Origin: Candidatus Latescibacterota bacterium
GTDB lineage: Bacteria; Latescibacterota; UBA2968; UBA8231
Assembly: GCA_965215195.1 (NCBI GenBank)
Contig: CBDCDC010000002.1
Coordinates: forward strand, 2,816,001 to 2,880,000
Direction of reading: 5' to 3'
DNA length: 64,000 nt
The first letter of the stretch is position 1, and each line of letters opens with the position of its first letter. Shown one piece after another: positions 37,812-47,908 of this stretch. The translations under genes and the position numbers were made by a program. The notes below the pieces were generated by a model. That model was not told where the DNA came from and made no database searches. It was given only the letters and a program-made list of their open reading frames with translations.

Positions 37812-40406
37812 TTGACGATCCTGTTTGACGATCTAAAGCAATCTGCTCTTGAATGGCGCAAGGGCGGATATGCTTGTGATGAGTATCCACTTATAGGCGA
37901 AATCCTCGCGTTCCAGAGGGAGACACAGGACGGCACCTCGACGCTCAAGTTCCTGCGCGATCCTCAGTTTCTCGCCCTTGAGGTGTACTGGTATGTCCGG
38001 CTCAAGCTGAATACTCCTCATATCATAGACCTCTACAAGCACTACTACGGAGAGGATAAGAGAACCTTTTTTGATTCCCTCGGTGTTCCCATGTCGAGAG
38101 ATGCTTTGGAGTGGGCGACCATAGAAGCCGTTCTCGAGAAAGTCAAAAAAGATCTCGGTTTTGTCACTGAAAAGAAGATCCAAGCATTGCACGAGGCCGC
38201 GATGCTGGACTATCCGAGTTACATCCTCGCCTTGGCAATGGGTGCCGGAAAAACCGTGCTGATCGGGGCGATTATCGCCACCGAGTTTGCCATGTCCCTG
38301 CGCTACCCCAAGGGCCACTTCATGAGAAACGCCCTCGTATTTGCACCCGGTACGACGATCATAGAATCCTTGCGCGAACTTAGCGATATGCCTTATGAAG
38401 ACATTCTACCACCCGCTCTCTATCGAGACTTTGCCGCCAATTTGAAAATTGAATACCCGAGCAACGAAAAGGACATACAGGCCCAGGCCAGCAGTAGCTA
38501 TAACCTGATTATCACCAACACCGAAAAAATCAGTCTGCGAGCGAAGCGGAGAAGCAATCAGACCGAACTAGATTTCAAGGAAAAGGAACTACAAGCGAAT
38601 TTGAGATTGCAAAAAATCGCCAGCCTGCCGAACCTCGGCGTCTTCTCCGATGAAGCGCATCACACCTATGGAAATACCTTCAATAAGCTAAAGCGGGTGC
38701 GGGAAACCATCAACTACATCCATGAGCAAACCCCCATTGTCGCAGTCGTAAACACCACCGGAACGCCTTATTACAGAAAGCAGCATCTGAAAGAAGTCAT
38801 TGTTTGGTATGGACTTGGGGACGGCATCAAGGACAACATTCTCAAAGATCTCAACGACGGGATTCACCAATACGACATCGGCGAGCAGTCGGAACAGAGC
38901 GTATTCAACGACATCATCCGGGAGTTTTTCAACCAATACGGCAAGGTCTCGCTTCCGAATGGAGCAAAGGCGAAAATTGCCTTTTACTTTAAGACACAGG
39001 ATCACTTGGACGATTCCCGTCCTTGGATTGAGCAGGCCATGACCGAAATGGGCGAAAGCGTCTCTCAGATATTGGTCAATACCCAGCAATCAAGTCCGAC
39101 GGAAGTAGATGAATTTAAGCGCCTCAACAACCCGGCTAATCAGAAGCGCGTGATTCTTCTGATTGGCAAAGGCGTTGAAGGATGGAACTGTCCTAGCCTG
39201 TTTGCCTGTGCGCTTATCAAAGAGCAGACGACGAGCAACAACTATGTCTTACAGGCAGCGACCCGGTGCCTGCGACAGGTGGCGGGAAACGGGCACTCGG
39301 CGAAGGTATTTCTCGATTACGGCAATGTGCGGACTCTAGACAAGGAACTAAAAGACAATTTTGGCACCGACCTCGACCTGCTCAGCGCGGCGTCAGGCGA
39401 CAAGGAGACCATAACGCTACGTATTGTAAAAACGGAATTGCCCAAACTGGAAATCACCCGCACGATCAAGCGGGCTGTCCGCACTAAAAAACCAAGCGGC
39501 TACATCGCCCTGAACAAACCGGAATCACAAGAAATTCCTGCAATACTACGCAGTGTTCTGACGCCGGATTTCAGCGGACCACGGGAAATCCTGATGCCGA
39601 CCGGTTACACTAAGGAGCTGCCGGCAGCAGCGGAAATGACGGATTGCCATACGGCCGCTTGGAAAATCGCCTCGCGCTACCACCTGCCGATAATGCCGAT
39701 TTTGAAGCAACTCAACAGCCTGTATCCCGAAAGAGAAATGCCGAATAGCCACTTATACGGGTTGTCCGCTCAGGTCGAGAAGCAGCAGGCGAACTACGAG
39801 ACCATAAAAGAAAACGTCACCGAGGCGATGGCCCTAATTCGGGTTCAGGATGAGAACGGAACGGACCTCTTTGAAAAGGACGAGGACGGCGTTTACGTCC
39901 ACCATCTGCGCCTGCTCAGGCGGACATACAACCGAATGAAAGACAGTGGGCTGTTTGCCGCCCACCAAGCGTATGCAGACGAACACGACTTGAGCTTCCA
40001 CTACACGCCGTACAACTTCGACAGCGAACCAGAGCGTTCTTTTTTTCGTCAAATTCTATCCGCGCTCAATACAAACCCCGATGACGTGGAGGCGTTTCTG
40101 TTTACGGGCGGATTGACCGACCCAAGGAAAACCGACTTTCATTTTGAATACATGGGTGAGGACAAGCGCTATCACCGCTACTTCCCCGACTTCGTGATTG
40201 TGAAGAAGACAGGTGAGTTCTATATTGTCGAGGTGAAAGCTGAGAATGAGCGCGGTGATCAAACGGTGAAAGAAAAGAAAAAGGCGGTGGAGAGGTTGCA
40301 GAAGATACAGCCTGATAAATTCAGATATAACGTCGTTTATACTTCTGGACCCACATTGGATGCGAAGTCCATCAATCCAATTGTCAATTGGATAAACTCA
40401 CAGTGA
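37812..40406 (+). CDS. res: Type III restriction endonuclease Res subunit (SF2 helicase + PD-(D/E)XK)
   Basis: MGAGKT, DEAHH, TGTP, EGWNCP, QAATRCLR; C-terminal YFPDF...VEVK. Confidence 0.88.
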   Translation: MTILFDDLKQSALEWRKGGYACDEYPLIGEILAFQRETQDGTSTLKFLRDPQFLALEVYWYVRLKLNTPHIIDLYKHYYGEDKRTFFDSLGVPMSRDALEWATIEAVLEKVKKDLGFVTEKKIQALHEAAMLDYPSYILALAMGAGKTVLIGAIIATEFAMSLRYPKGHFMRNALVFAPGTTIIESLRELSDMPYEDILPPALYRDFAANLKIEYPSNEKDIQAQASSSYNLIITNTEKISLRAKRRSNQTELDFKEKELQANLRLQKIASLPNLGVFSDEAHHTYGNTFNKLKRVRETINYIHEQTPIVAVVNTTGTPYYRKQHLKEVIVWYGLGDGIKDNILKDLNDGIHQYDIGEQSEQSVFNDIIREFFNQYGKVSLPNGAKAKIAFYFKTQDHLDDSRPWIEQAMTEMGESVSQILVNTQQSSPTEVDEFKRLNNPANQKRVILLIGKGVEGWNCPSLFACALIKEQTTSNNYVLQAATRCLRQVAGNGHSAKVFLDYGNVRTLDKELKDNFGTDLDLLSAASGDKETITLRIVKTELPKLEITRTIKRAVRTKKPSGYIALNKPESQEIPAILRSVLTPDFSGPREILMPTGYTKELPAAAEMTDCHTAAWKIASRYHLPIMPILKQLNSLYPEREMPNSHLYGLSAQVEKQQANYETIKENVTEAMALIRVQDENGTDLFEKDEDGVYVHHLRLLRRTYNRMKDSGLFAAHQAYADEHDLSFHYTPYNFDSEPERSFFRQILSALNTNPDDVEAFLFTGGLTDPRKTDFHFEYMGEDKRYHRYFPDFVIVKKTGEFYIVEVKAENERGDQTVKEKKKAVERLQKIQPDKFRYNVVYTSGPTLDAKSINPIVNWINSQ

Positions 40407-40418
40407 GGAGACGTACGC

Positions 40419-40826
40419 ATGAAAGCCTATCATTTATTTATCAGCCACTCTTGGACATACGCCGACCAATATAAGAATTTGGTCAATCTATTGGATCAGG
40501 CCAAGAACTTCCACTATCACAATTACTCTATACCTAAAGATAACCCTGCCCATGTTGGCTCAGATAGGGAATTATCCAAGGCAATTCACAATCAAATGCA
40601 GCCGTGTGGCATCGTCATCGTTCTAGCGGGTGTATATGCTAGTTACAGCAAATGGATAGACAAAGAAATTAAAATTGCTAGAAGCAGCTTTTCGAGGCCA
40701 AAACCTATTCTAGCCATAGAGCCTTGGGGGAAAGAGAAAACTTCTTCGGTCGTCAAGGAAAGTGCCAACCAGATCGTTGGATGGAATACCGAAAGTATTG
40801 TCTCGGCAATAAGGGAGTTGGCATAA
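40419..40826 (+). CDS. TIR-domain protein (ThsB/MTH538-like)
   Basis: LFISHSW, IVLAG.YA..SKWI.KEI (conserved Glu), KPILAI, IVGWN..SIVSAI; GAGGAG RBS. Confidence 0.85.
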   Translation: MKAYHLFISHSWTYADQYKNLVNLLDQAKNFHYHNYSIPKDNPAHVGSDRELSKAIHNQMQPCGIVIVLAGVYASYSKWIDKEIKIARSSFSRPKPILAIEPWGKEKTSSVVKESANQIVGWNTESIVSAIRELA

Positions 40827-41287
40827 TGGACGAAAAAAGACAGGAGCTTTTGGAAATATATAAGCTCCACGCCGAACTTGCGGATAGGGTGAGCCAGAGG
40901 CGTGAAGGAGCGAATAGGCTTTTTGTAAGCCTGTTGACGGGAACTTTAATTTTTCTCGCTGCATTTCTTAGATATGGCACAGGGACCATGCCTGTCGATG
41001 TAGTTTTGACAGCGGTTGGCATTTTTGGAGTTTTACTTTCTGCGTCGTGGTATATCATTATTCGCTCCTATCGCCAACTTAATTCGGGAAAATTTGCCGC
41101 TTTGCATGAGTTAGAAGAACAACTCGCCTATCCCTTTTTTAAGCGGGAGTGGAAGCTGTTGGGGATGGTAGAAAAACCGAAGACAAGTCGCTATTGGAAA
41201 CTCACAGTCGTTGAAACCTTTCTTCCCATTACCTTTGCTATTCTTTTTCTCGCTCTTATTATCATCTTTTTTAACATTTGCAGGTAG
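40826..41287 (+). CDS. Small 3-TM membrane protein, putative pore-type effector
   Basis: TAATG overlap with the TIR gene; 153 aa; YK...ADRVS.RR..AN, TM1, TM2-W..II.SYRQLN.GKF..L.ELE.L, and a C-terminal TM. Recalled as resembling RipA-family octameric membrane proteins (unverified). Confidence 0.75.
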   Translation: MDEKRQELLEIYKLHAELADRVSQRREGANRLFVSLLTGTLIFLAAFLRYGTGTMPVDVVLTAVGIFGVLLSASWYIIIRSYRQLNSGKFAALHELEEQLAYPFFKREWKLLGMVEKPKTSRYWKLTVVETFLPITFAILFLALIIIFFNICR

Positions 41288-41290
41288 AAA

Positions 41291-43021
41291 ATGAAAAAAT
41301 TTCTCAAAATCGCCCCGCTCAAAGGTCGCCCCATGCTGCATTGGGTCGGCAAGAAACCACTAGAAGTCGTGCGGCATTTTCCGGCGCAGTTATGTGAGAC
41401 AGTGGACGTCGCCGATCCACCGCCCGAACCGTCCTACAAGGAATTTGCCAAGAGCAATTACAACCTGCTGTTTCACGGCGATAACAAGGAGATTCTCTCC
41501 TCGCTTTTGGTTGCCGGGTTTCGGGGCAAAATTGATCTAATCTATATTGATCCGCCGTTTGATTCTGGCGCGAATTACGTCCGCAAGGTGAAATTGCGCG
41601 GGCAGACCGCAAAATTGAAGGGCGAGGGGCATACTTCCATTGAGCAGGCGCAATACGAGGACATCTGGGCGAACGACAATTATCTGCAATTCATGTATGA
41701 GCGGCTGATTCTGATGCGGGAGTTGTTGAGCAATAAGGGGAGTATTTATCTCCATTGCGACTATCATAAGAGTCATCATCTGAGGTTTCTTCTAGATGAA
41801 GTATTTGGGGCAGAAAATTTTGGTAATGAGATTATATGGTGCTATACATTCCCTGGGCCGTCACCACAAAATTTTCCAAGAAAACATGACAATATATTGC
41901 GCTACAAGAAAATTAATGGCAATGCTATTTTTAATCCTGATGATATACGAATACCATACAAGGCTGATTTTACGGCAGTAAGAACAATTGGTGGCGCAGA
42001 GTATGATGAGGATTCCCAAATGGCTAGGCACGAGAAAGGTAAAGTTCCAGAATCGTGGTGGGTTGATATGTCAAATGTCTCTGCTTGGCGCGACGAACTT
42101 CTTGATTATCCCACCCAAAAACCCGAACGCCTGTTAAAACGCATCATCAAAGCCTCCAGTAACGAAGGCTCGATCGTCTTGGACTGCTTTTGCGGCTCCG
42201 GCACTACCGCCGCTGTTGCAGAAAAGCTAGGCCGTCGCTGGATTATGGCGGATCTGAACAAGGGTGCGATTCAAACTACTATCAAGCGATTGCAAGCTAT
42301 CATCGAGAAAAAGAATGGCGACCTTGTAGATAACGGGAGCGGGCTGATTCACTATCGGGTGAATAACTACGATTTTGCCAAAGACAACGGTATTAAAAAA
42401 ATCATCATATCAAAATATGGCATTCAAACAGACCGCAGCGACTTGTTCTTTGATGGAGTAGTCGGCGAACAGTTGGCGAAAATCATTGAACTGAATCGAC
42501 CACTAACTCGCCTAGACATTCAGATTATCAAGGACGAAATCGCTAACAACCGGCCTGACGAAACGCGCGACATTACCGTCTTTTGCAACGGATCGGAGTT
42601 GGAGATCATTGACGAACTCGCCCAAGGGAAAAATCCGATCAACAAAATCACCGTCCGAGACATTCAGCAGGATGGGATGATCACCAACCAGCCCGCAGAG
42701 GCGGACGTGAAAATTGCCAAATACGGCAAAAAGGCTACGGTCAAAATAGCTGACTATATCAGCCCTTCCATTCTTGCGAGAATGGAAATAGACAGAACGT
42801 TCTTTGACGAACAAATTGGCGACTTTCGGGCGCAGATCGACTACGTTCTGATTGACATCGACTACAACGGCGAGAATTTCAACATTGTGGCAAGCGATCT
42901 GCCGCAGAGGAAAACCGACTTTATCAAAGGTGAATACGAACTGACGCTTTCCCGCGCCGATGCGAAAGTGGCGGTGAAAATCGTCGATATGCTCGGAGAG
43001 GAAGTTGTCGAAGTCGCGTAG
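41291..43021 (+). CDS. mod: Type III RM Mod subunit (beta-class DNA methyltransferase)
   Basis: GDN, IYIDPPF (motif IV) before YPTQKP and DCFCGSGTT (motif I); C-terminal VKIVD.LG.E. Confidence 0.9.
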   Translation: MKKFLKIAPLKGRPMLHWVGKKPLEVVRHFPAQLCETVDVADPPPEPSYKEFAKSNYNLLFHGDNKEILSSLLVAGFRGKIDLIYIDPPFDSGANYVRKVKLRGQTAKLKGEGHTSIEQAQYEDIWANDNYLQFMYERLILMRELLSNKGSIYLHCDYHKSHHLRFLLDEVFGAENFGNEIIWCYTFPGPSPQNFPRKHDNILRYKKINGNAIFNPDDIRIPYKADFTAVRTIGGAEYDEDSQMARHEKGKVPESWWVDMSNVSAWRDELLDYPTQKPERLLKRIIKASSNEGSIVLDCFCGSGTTAAVAEKLGRRWIMADLNKGAIQTTIKRLQAIIEKKNGDLVDNGSGLIHYRVNNYDFAKDNGIKKIIISKYGIQTDRSDLFFDGVVGEQLAKIIELNRPLTRLDIQIIKDEIANNRPDETRDITVFCNGSELEIIDELAQGKNPINKITVRDIQQDGMITNQPAEADVKIAKYGKKATVKIADYISPSILARMEIDRTFFDEQIGDFRAQIDYVLIDIDYNGENFNIVASDLPQRKTDFIKGEYELTLSRADAKVAVKIVDMLGEEVVEVA

Positions 43022-43093
43022 CTGTGCGGAATAGTCTAAAAACCTTCGAGCGAGAAAGAGCAAAAGAGGTTTTCTGAGGTTGATTTACTTCTT

Positions 43094-45016
43094 ATGAGCC
43101 AGCCTTGCATCAGCGACGCCTCTTCCCTCAAGCCGCCCCCAGCCGTTCTCGACGCCGCGCTCGGCCGGCTCGGCTTTGAGCGTTTTCTGCCCGGCCAACG
43201 CGAAGCCATCGAAACCCTGCTCTCCACTAGCCGCCTGCTCTTGGTCGCCCCCACCGGCGGCGGCAAGAGCTTGACCTACCAGCTACCCGCCGCTCTCCTG
43301 CCGGGCACGGCATTAGTGGTCTCGCCGCTCATCGCCCTAATGCACGATCAGGTCCAAGCGCTAGAGCGGCGCGGGCTCGCTGCCACGTACCTATCCTCGA
43401 CCCTTGATGGCGACGAGTTGCGCCGCCGCATGTACGGGATGGCCCAAGGCCGGTACAAACTGGTTTATGCCGCGCCCGAGCGGCTGACCTTCCCCGGCTT
43501 CCGCGCCATCCTGAGCCAGATTAAGTGTTCGCTCATTGCCGTGGACGAGGCCCACTGCATCAGCGAGTGGGGGCACGACTTCCGGCCCGAGTACTTGCAG
43601 ATTGGCGAGCTGGTACGCGAGTTGCCCAACTGTCGGGTTCTCGCCTGCACGGCCACGGCCACGCCGGTGGTGCGCGACGAGATCCTCGAGCGCCTCGGGC
43701 TACCGAGCGACACCCCCCAACTCGTGCATGGCTTTGCCCGGCCCAACCTCTCGCTCCGAGTCGCCGAAATCAACAGCGCGGCCGAGCGGCGACGGCGGAT
43801 CGACGCCCTGCTAGCCGAGGCCCTCAGCCCCTCCGGCCAGAAGACGGGTACTGCCATCGTCTATGCCCCTACCCGCAAGAGTACCGAGGAAGAAGCCACC
43901 CGCCTTCGAGGGGCCGGCTGGCTGGCGGCCGCCTATCACGCGGGCATGACCGGGCCGGACCGCGACGCCGTTCAGCGCGCCTTTATTCAAGACCAAGTCC
44001 AAATCGTGGTGGCTACCAATGCCTTTGGCATGGGCATTGACCGCGCCGATGTGCGCGCCATCGCCCATCTGGCTCCGCCCAGCTCAATTGAAGCGTACTA
44101 TCAGGAAGTAGGCCGGGCCGGGCGCGACGGCCAAGATGCCTACTGCCTGCTGCTGGTCTCCCCCGGCGACATGGCGCTGCGACGCCATCTAATCGAAAGC
44201 GATGCCAACGGCCGCGCCCCCGATCAAGCGGTGGTCCAGCACAAGTGGAATCTCTTTTTGGAACTGATGCGTTGGAGCGAGGGCGGGTCCTGCCGCCACG
44301 ACGCGATCCTGCGCTACTTTGGCGACGAGGAGGAAACCCTCTCGGGCTGCGGCCGCTGCGATGTCTGCCGTAGTCTATCCCATGCCGAGGCGGGCGACGC
44401 CACAGAGGTCGCCACCACCGTGCGCAAAGCCCTTTGCGCAGTAGCCCGTCTGCACGGACGCTACGGCATCCTAATGGCGGCCAAGCTCCTGCGCGGCACC
44501 AAGGACGCCCGCCTTGTACGCGATGGCCTAGATCGGACCCCGACCTTTGGCACCCTCAAGGGACATTCTGAGCGGTGGCTTTTGCAGCTTTTGCGCCGGC
44601 TGGTCACGGCCGGTTGGGTCGATTTCTTCGGTGGCGAGCGGCCGGTCGTAGTCCTCACTGAAGAGGGACGCCAAGTCATTCACGCCGAGCGGCCCGTGCG
44701 CCTGCTCCTGCCGCCGAAGTCGGCCCCGCTCCCGGCATCCCGCACCGGGCGCGTCCGCCTTCGCACCCCCGACCCCAGCGGGGAATTCGACGAAAAAGCT
44801 CAAGCCCTCTTTGATGCACTGCGCCATTACCGCATGACGCTGGCCCGCGACGAAAAGGTTCCTCCCTACGTCATCGCCAGCGACCGCACGCTGCGCGATA
44901 TCGTCCTGCTGCGGCCTGCCAACCTCGAAGAGCTCAAGCTGGCGCACGGCATCGGCCCGGCCAAAGCCGAAAAATACGGCGACGGCCTGCTCGCCATCGT
45001 CCAGCAGGCCGCCTAA
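43094..45016 (+). CDS. recQ: RecQ family ATP-dependent DNA helicase with RQC and HRDC domains
   Basis: PTGGGKS, DEAHCISEWGHDFRPEY, ATNAFGMGID, YYQEVGRAGRDG, CGRCDVC, VPPYVI. Confidence 0.92.
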   Translation: MSQPCISDASSLKPPPAVLDAALGRLGFERFLPGQREAIETLLSTSRLLLVAPTGGGKSLTYQLPAALLPGTALVVSPLIALMHDQVQALERRGLAATYLSSTLDGDELRRRMYGMAQGRYKLVYAAPERLTFPGFRAILSQIKCSLIAVDEAHCISEWGHDFRPEYLQIGELVRELPNCRVLACTATATPVVRDEILERLGLPSDTPQLVHGFARPNLSLRVAEINSAAERRRRIDALLAEALSPSGQKTGTAIVYAPTRKSTEEEATRLRGAGWLAAAYHAGMTGPDRDAVQRAFIQDQVQIVVATNAFGMGIDRADVRAIAHLAPPSSIEAYYQEVGRAGRDGQDAYCLLLVSPGDMALRRHLIESDANGRAPDQAVVQHKWNLFLELMRWSEGGSCRHDAILRYFGDEEETLSGCGRCDVCRSLSHAEAGDATEVATTVRKALCAVARLHGRYGILMAAKLLRGTKDARLVRDGLDRTPTFGTLKGHSERWLLQLLRRLVTAGWVDFFGGERPVVVLTEEGRQVIHAERPVRLLLPPKSAPLPASRTGRVRLRTPDPSGEFDEKAQALFDALRHYRMTLARDEKVPPYVIASDRTLRDIVLLRPANLEELKLAHGIGPAKAEKYGDGLLAIVQQAA

Positions 45017-45039
45017 CTCGCTCATCAGGAGAACGTTCC

Positions 45040-46011
45040 ATGGCTACAGTTCGCTGGGGCATCATTGGCTGCGGCGACGTCACCGAAGTTAAGAGCGGCC
45101 CGGCCCTGTACAAGACCCGCGATTCCGAGCTGGTAGCGGTCATGCGCCGCAACGCGGACAAGGCCCGCGACTATGCCAAGCGCCACCGCGTACCCAGATG
45201 GTACGACCAAGCCGACGCACTCATCGGCGACCCGGACGTCGATGCGGTCTATATCGCAACGCCCCCGGACACCCACGCTCATTACGCGGCCCAAGTCGCC
45301 CGAGCCGGCAAACCTGTTTACGTCGAAAAGCCGATGGCGCACAACCACGGCGAGTGCTTGGCCATGATCGACGCCTGCTGTCGGGCCGGAGTGCCGCTGT
45401 TTGTGGCGTACTATCGCCGCGCCCTGCCTGCCTTCCTCAAGGTCAAGTCGCTGGTCGAGGAGGGGGCCATCGGGGAGGTGCGCTTTGCCTCCATCGCGCT
45501 CTGCCAACCCGCGTCAGAGAACCCGGACGACCTGCCCTGGCGCGTCGTCCCAGCCATTTCCGGCGGTGGCTACTTCTTCGACCTAGCCTCGCACCAGCTC
45601 GACTTCCTCGATTTTCTGCTCGGCCCAATCGCCCAAGCCTCGGGCTACGCGACCAACCAAGCAGGGTGCTACCAAGCCGAAGATGCCGTTACCGCCAGCT
45701 TTGCATTCGAGTCCGGCGCACTCGGCGCAGGAGTCTGGAACTTCGCCGCCGACCAGCACCGCGACCGGATCGAAGTCGTCGGCGACAAGGGCCGGATTGC
45801 CTTTTCCACTTTCGCCTTCGCCCCGGTCGAATTGGAGACGGACGCCGGCGCTGAGACCTTTGCCTTCAGTCCGCCCAAACACGTGCAGCAGCCTCTCATC
45901 CAAACCGTCGTCAATGCCCTGTTGGGCCGGGGCACTTGCCCCAGCACCGGCGCAAGCGCCGCCCGCACCAGTCGCATCATGGATCGGATCGTCCGCGGCC
46001 ATAGCATCTGA
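45040..46011 (+). CDS. Gfo/Idh/MocA family oxidoreductase
   Basis: WGIIGCG, YIATPP..H, VEKPM, AYYRR, GG...DLASH.LD. Confidence 0.9.
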   Translation: MATVRWGIIGCGDVTEVKSGPALYKTRDSELVAVMRRNADKARDYAKRHRVPRWYDQADALIGDPDVDAVYIATPPDTHAHYAAQVARAGKPVYVEKPMAHNHGECLAMIDACCRAGVPLFVAYYRRALPAFLKVKSLVEEGAIGEVRFASIALCQPASENPDDLPWRVVPAISGGGYFFDLASHQLDFLDFLLGPIAQASGYATNQAGCYQAEDAVTASFAFESGALGAGVWNFAADQHRDRIEVVGDKGRIAFSTFAFAPVELETDAGAETFAFSPPKHVQQPLIQTVVNALLGRGTCPSTGASAARTSRIMDRIVRGHSI

Positions 46012-46048
46012 GATCTCCGCAGCCCCGGAACGGCGCGGCCGGTGCTTC

Positions 46049-47686
46049 TCAGGCGATCTTTTCTCGGGCTTCGAGGACCTTGGCAACCACGGTTTCGACG
46101 TCGCCTTCATCGACGAACGGCGAGAGAATGTACGATTTTAACGCGAAAATTGGTTCGTCGTACTGGGTGCGCCGATAGCAATCGGTCGAGGAAATGACGA
46201 CCCCGCGTCCGGCCATGGCCTCTTCTTGTACGTACTGGAAAACTTCTCGATTGTAATTATTGTGAGCGAGCAGGCCCTCGCGATAGGCCGGGTCGTCAAA
46301 CTCTTGGCGCTTGATGGCGAAGGTATCGACGCCGGGCGGATACGTGCGAAAGAGCGTCACAGCCCCAAAACTTTCTCGGTTGAGCACCGTAATGGCCTCG
46401 TGCCCTTCGAGATGCTCCCGCAGAAGCTGGGCCATTTCCACGATGTGCCCGAGTACGACCTGCAACCCTTGCTCGCCGAACAGGCGAAAGTTGGCGAGTG
46501 CCGACAGGGGTCCCGTCCCGGCGCGGGATGTTTCGAGGGTGTACATGCCGGGGCGATGTTCTCCAAAGTGATAGAGATACGGCATCTGCTCGGGACGCCG
46601 CGCCATGCGCTGGAGGTCTTGGCGGTTTTTGACGAGGATGAGGCTAGAGATATAAGGCGTAAAGCCCGTCTTGTGAAAATCGACGCCAATGGAGTCTGCC
46701 AGCGACAAGTGGCGTATGCGCCGACGCGCTCCCGCCAAGGCGCGGACGGTCCGCAGGCGAAATCCGAGGGGATTCTCTTCGAGATCGTACTCGTTGAACA
46801 CCGACCAAGCCCAGCCAATGACCGCGTCGGCGTGAATGTGCGGACGGTAGGCGAGTTGGAATTCGTCAATTAGTGCGTCGCGCAATGCCGCGATGGCCTG
46901 TAAGTCGTCCAACCCGAACGCATCGGTCGTGCCCATGGTTGCAATAATGGCGGCGATCTTTTTGCCGCTCGCCAGTGCTGTCCGCGCCGCTTGCTCTAGC
47001 TGGGCGAGGTCGATTTCGTTTTCGGCCGTCGTCGGGATGACGACCAAATTATCCGTGCCCATGCCGAGCCAGCCGACGACATTGCTGGCACAGTAGTGTC
47101 CGGCGTCGGAAACGAATGTCACGACCTCTTCGGATACCCCGCTGTGCATGGCCTGCGGACAGGCTTTTTCCAAGCCCATTTTTACTCCGTAGAGCGTCGT
47201 ACCCGTCCCGCCAAAGGTGAACGCGCCGCTCGCCTGCTCTGGGTCGTAGCCGACCAACTGCGCGGTAATACCGAGGGCCTCGACTTCGGCCAACGCCACG
47301 AGGCGGCTGTATTCGTCCCAAGCGATATTGGGATTGTGCAAGGACGAAAGCAGGACGCCGATTAGGCTTGGAATGGTGGGTGGCGGGATGACGTTTTGTT
47401 GGGTGCGCGGATGACCGGGGATAGTCAGGCCGCGCAGATAGCTCACCAGCTCGGAGGTGACGGCCTCAACCGAAGACGGTTGCGCGGGCAACGCCGCATG
47501 GCGCGCCTTCTCAAAGTCGCTGGAGACAACCGAGCCGAGGATCGGCAACTCGGTTTTCAGCGCATCAACCTGATCCAAGGCCCGCATGATGGAGAACACG
47601 AAATACGAGTCGTGGATGGGGTTGGATATCGGCTGGGGGAAGGCGCGGCGGATGTGTTCTAGGATGTCGCGGTAGGATGGGGCCAT
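46049..47686 (-). CDS. Group II pyridoxal-phosphate-dependent decarboxylase
   Basis: FTFGGT, HY, GTT..G.D, HADA, DFHK (PLP lysine). Confidence 0.85.
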   Translation of the reverse strand: MAPSYRDILEHIRRAFPQPISNPIHDSYFVFSIMRALDQVDALKTELPILGSVVSSDFEKARHAALPAQPSSVEAVTSELVSYLRGLTIPGHPRTQQNVIPPPTIPSLIGVLLSSLHNPNIAWDEYSRLVALAEVEALGITAQLVGYDPEQASGAFTFGGTGTTLYGVKMGLEKACPQAMHSGVSEEVVTFVSDAGHYCASNVVGWLGMGTDNLVVIPTTAENEIDLAQLEQAARTALASGKKIAAIIATMGTTDAFGLDDLQAIAALRDALIDEFQLAYRPHIHADAVIGWAWSVFNEYDLEENPLGFRLRTVRALAGARRRIRHLSLADSIGVDFHKTGFTPYISSLILVKNRQDLQRMARRPEQMPYLYHFGEHRPGMYTLETSRAGTGPLSALANFRLFGEQGLQVVLGHIVEMAQLLREHLEGHEAITVLNRESFGAVTLFRTYPPGVDTFAIKRQEFDDPAYREGLLAHNNYNREVFQYVQEEAMAGRGVVISSTDCYRRTQYDEPIFALKSYILSPFVDEGDVETVVAKVLEAREKIA

Positions 47687-47709
47687 TTGCGGCTCACTTC
47701 AGGTTGAGA

Positions 47710-47908
47710 TGTAAATGGCCGCAGGTACTCGGCCTCTGAGGTGGAAGTTTGGCAAACTCGCGTCCGAAAACCGCAATGACTGCCGAGTGTCTCGAAAATG
47801 ACAACCCATCGCCTTCTAAAAAAGCCTCGGCAATATAGAACATTGCGTCATACCCCGGATATTTCCCTTGCATGAGCCTTTGAGGCTATCACGGGCTTGT
47901 CGCGTCAT
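47710..47908 (-). pseudogene. Degraded HEPN toxin (UPF0332-like)
   Basis: ATGA-coupled to the MNT gene; fragments in shifting frames: [44 protein letters not shown]. Confidence 0.75.

Noticed and set aside
43094-45016. RecQ as part of the RM-TIR defence island
   Set aside because: It has host-like GC and a canonical RecQ-RQC-HRDC architecture, with no DprA-like partner; it is most likely the housekeeping flank.
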